A stretch of DNA of 64,000 nucleotides, taken from positions 2,224,022 to 2,288,021 of the forward strand of contig MU006090.1 of the NCBI GenBank assembly GCA_010093705.1, in the 5' to 3' direction. Both the position numbers and the translations under genes were made by a program. The stretch is from Patellaria atrata CBS 101060 (Eukaryota). Numbering within the stretch: the first letter of the stretch is position 1; the number at the start of each line of letters is the position of its first letter. This document shows positions 61,113 through 64,000 of the stretch, piece by piece. The notes below the pieces were generated by a model. It was not told the origin of the DNA, made no database searches, and saw nothing but the letters and a program-made list of their open reading frames with translations.

Positions 61113-64000
61113 ATGTCTCCGCTGTTCGCGCCCACCCTATTCAAACAAACTCGCCTAAGTCCATCACCGGCGTCTACGAAGTCGATCGTCCACATTACCT
61201 TTCCTCCGCATGCCACAACCAACTTGTCTGTCACGAAAGCCGCGCATAAACATGAAATCATAAACAACGATCCTGTGGATTTGGATGAGGAGGAATTTGC
61301 AAAATGGCACCTGGCTACGGAATCCAATGTCCATTTTAGTCGCCGCAATGGGTATCCGCGCATGTTTTTGTGGAGGATTCTAGACGATAGACGAGTCCTA
61401 GAAGTTCAATGTGCAGATTTGGTAGCCCCACATGATGAGAAAGCTATTGCTACTCTTACGTTGCGGTTTACTTTTCCGAAGCGTATATACCCGTTTGGCG
61501 TCAGCTTTGCGGAACCGAAGAGGGGTCTGGTTGTAATCTACGTATTGACGGAAAAAGGCCAGCTTTATACGTTAAACCTAGGAAAAGAGGCTTTTGTGCG
61601 TCCAGGCTCCAGCGAGGGAACAGATTGGTGGGACGTCTGGTATTACTCGTCCCTTTCCTTCAAGCAGCCGTATCGGTTGTTTGCTGCAAAAGAAGCCGAA
61701 TTATGGATCAGTCTAACTGAGGGTTCACTTGTAAGATTACAGAGGAAAGGTGGAGAACATGGTAAAGGTAAGTGTGCAGCTTGTTAATAGGGACGTTTAA
61801 CATAATAGCGCTAACTGATAAAGCCTTGGGTTGGGACACCCTGAATTTTGGAAACTCTACAAGAAAGGGTTACATATTCTGGGCGAGCAACAAGCAGTCT
61901 TTGAAGTTCCGGGATCATGAAATCGATACTTCTTCTGTAGCGGATGTTGCATTTTCTCCTGACGGTAAAACTCTATGGACGGTATCTCTAGACCATACGC
62001 TTAAATCACGGAACTTAGAGACAAGAGCGATCGGATTACACATGGATCTCTTCGGTGATGGGAACGAGAGCCAGCAGAAAGGACTACAGCATCTTATTGG
62101 ACCCGAACAGCCGAAACTCATGCAAATTGTGCAAGTTCCAGGGAGTGCGATGGGATCACAGTACTATGTTGTTGTCTATTCGCCGTTGAAGCATCAATTT
62201 AAGTTCTGGCAGGTGACGGACGCCGATGACCCTATTTCTGGAATCACTGAACTTCAGCCTAATGTTTCTTTTGTGCCTCCAATGGACGAGCTCATGGATA
62301 CAACTGTGTGGAATTTGGAAGAATTCCACCTCACTTTAAAACACTCGTTCATGGAAATGGAGTTGTGGATAAGGGTGCGATCAGGACCGAATTGTAGGAT
62401 CTTCGGTCTCAGATTTGACCTCTCTGATACCGCAAAGTTGCTCAAATTGATTTGGAGGAACAACTGGCTCAGTGTTGACCAGGGAAATAACACCATAGAT
62501 GCATTAGAAGCGCATCCTACTTATCCCGGCGAAACAGACCAATATAACTCGGAAATGCACAGACTTTCAGCATCTGAACTGTGGTTGGACTTTCTCTTTT
62601 ATCCCGGACGATTTACCATAGCTACTTTGGAAACCTCTCTGGTTGTCTACCGAAGAAGCGTAGAGTCCGTCTTGAATGGTGCTCAGAGTAGCTCAGGCAA
62701 TCTTCCGCTGAAAGAGAGGTTGGTCAACGCTATTCAAACCAAAGCTCAGGCAGGTCGGACACATACTGGAGAGATAGATCACGACCGCCTTGATCTGGAT
62801 ATCTCATCACAATGGCATGTATACTATGGTATAGTAAGGGATCTGCACATACGACGCGCCGAGCCACTGGCTTTGGCCTATGACGAACAAGAAGAGCTCC
62901 CTGTGGTTCTAGAAGCAGACTCCATCACTCTTGTCAGAACGTCTAGTGAAGTCGAACTTCTGGTTGACAATGTGGAGGAGCTCATCTCACAAGAAGAACT
63001 TCCAGCAAGCCATCCGCTAATCAGAGCTTTACAAGATAACTCATCAATAGACGTTGCGGCTTTATTCCATGCGGCGTCATGTTTTCGAAAGTCCCTACCT
63101 AAAGGGTTTGGATTTACTCTTTCTCAAGCTATTAATGCCGAGATACTGCAGAATCCCCTTTTCTCCATCTCTGAACGCATTCAAACTTTTGATGACAGAA
63201 GCAACCTATGCATTTCAGTCACAGATGACGATTTCAATAAACTCAGTACCGCTATTGACAATATGGGAGGCTTTCAATCCCTTGACAACGACATATTATT
63301 TGGTGCGATTATGCGGTTAGGTGCAAAACAGCAGGGTCGCCACCAGACTATAAACATTCCCGTAAGATTTGGCCGGACGGCGCTAATCTGCGGAGCACAG
63401 GAGACAGTAGAACTCAGCAGACAGGTTCTAAGGGACCTTCTTGTCCTTGTTGTATTTCTAGCTCTCGAGATAGAACCTGCGGAACTCTCGGCAGGATTTG
63501 ACGCTGCAGAGCTCTTCACCGAATTATTAGACGTTCTCAAAGGGTACGAAATGATCTGGTGGATGACTTCTCGTTCTCGGAGGGAGACTGCGGGACACAC
63601 ACTGCCCAAATTAGCGGTAGATGGAAAGACCGATACAGTGATGACTGTGGAGGACGTATCAGTAACGCAGACATTAGTCTCAACTTCCTCATCCTATTCT
63701 TCATCTCACCTTATAGGAACATTGACGATTGCCGAAGATCTTTTTCTGGGAGATTTCGACAACTTGATGACACCCTCAGACATGGCCTTTCCAGCTTTAT
63801 TGACCTATTGGATTCGTGCTTGGACTTTCCAACCGCTTTTGCATTCGCGTGAAGCTTTTGGACAATTAGTACTAGGAGATCTAATAAAGAACGAGAACTG
63901 GGATGCGGCAGAGCAATGGATATCCTATGCCGTTGATACGCCATGGACAACCTACTTGAGAGCTCGAGTAGATCTGGGAAGAGGAAGGTTGGAGTTGGCA
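61113..64000 (+). CDS. NUP120: Nucleoporin Nup120/Nup160, 3'-truncated by window edge
   Basis: LFKQTRL, YPRMFLWRILDDRRVLEVQCADL, LWTVSLDHTLK, HQFKFW and WLDFLFYPGRFT. Intron 61768-61823; the frame appears open to the window end. Confidence 0.82.

Noticed and set aside
1..64000. tRNA, rRNA, CRISPR array, TPP riboswitch, stwintrons, intact transposon
   Set aside because: None recognised by eye. The two long introns lack suitably placed internal splice sites for stwintrons. tRNAscan and Infernal were not run.

Overview
Intron-containing genomic DNA from a filamentous ascomycete (GT..CTRAC..YAG introns of about 45-150 nt). Pezizomycotina, possibly Eurotiomycetes, is an inference. About 21 protein-coding genes and two pseudogene-like loci are supported. 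The left 11 kb looks accessory: an SSADH-like aldehyde dehydrogenase (5'-partial), a BBE-like FAD oxidase, a secreted laccase, and a pyridoxal-reductase-like AKR pseudogene with two CpA>TpA-type nonsense codons. The rest is mostly housekeeping: MAK21/NOC1, a hot-dog thioesterase, verprolin, an F-box protein, an AA12-like PQQ dehydrogenase, GCN20, WHI2, SAH1, SLD3, a DUF3824-like protein, PUF6, RAD51 and NUP120 (3'-partial). A frameshifted orphan coiled-coil gene lies at about 48.7-50.5 kb. The most striking observation is at WHI2: a roughly 550-nt in-frame open stretch with no ATG in any forward frame precedes the first AUG and encodes a PPxY motif, suggesting a non-AUG-initiated N-terminal extension. 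No tRNA, rRNA, CRISPR array or intact transposon was seen. All product calls come from motif recognition by eye, not database searches.
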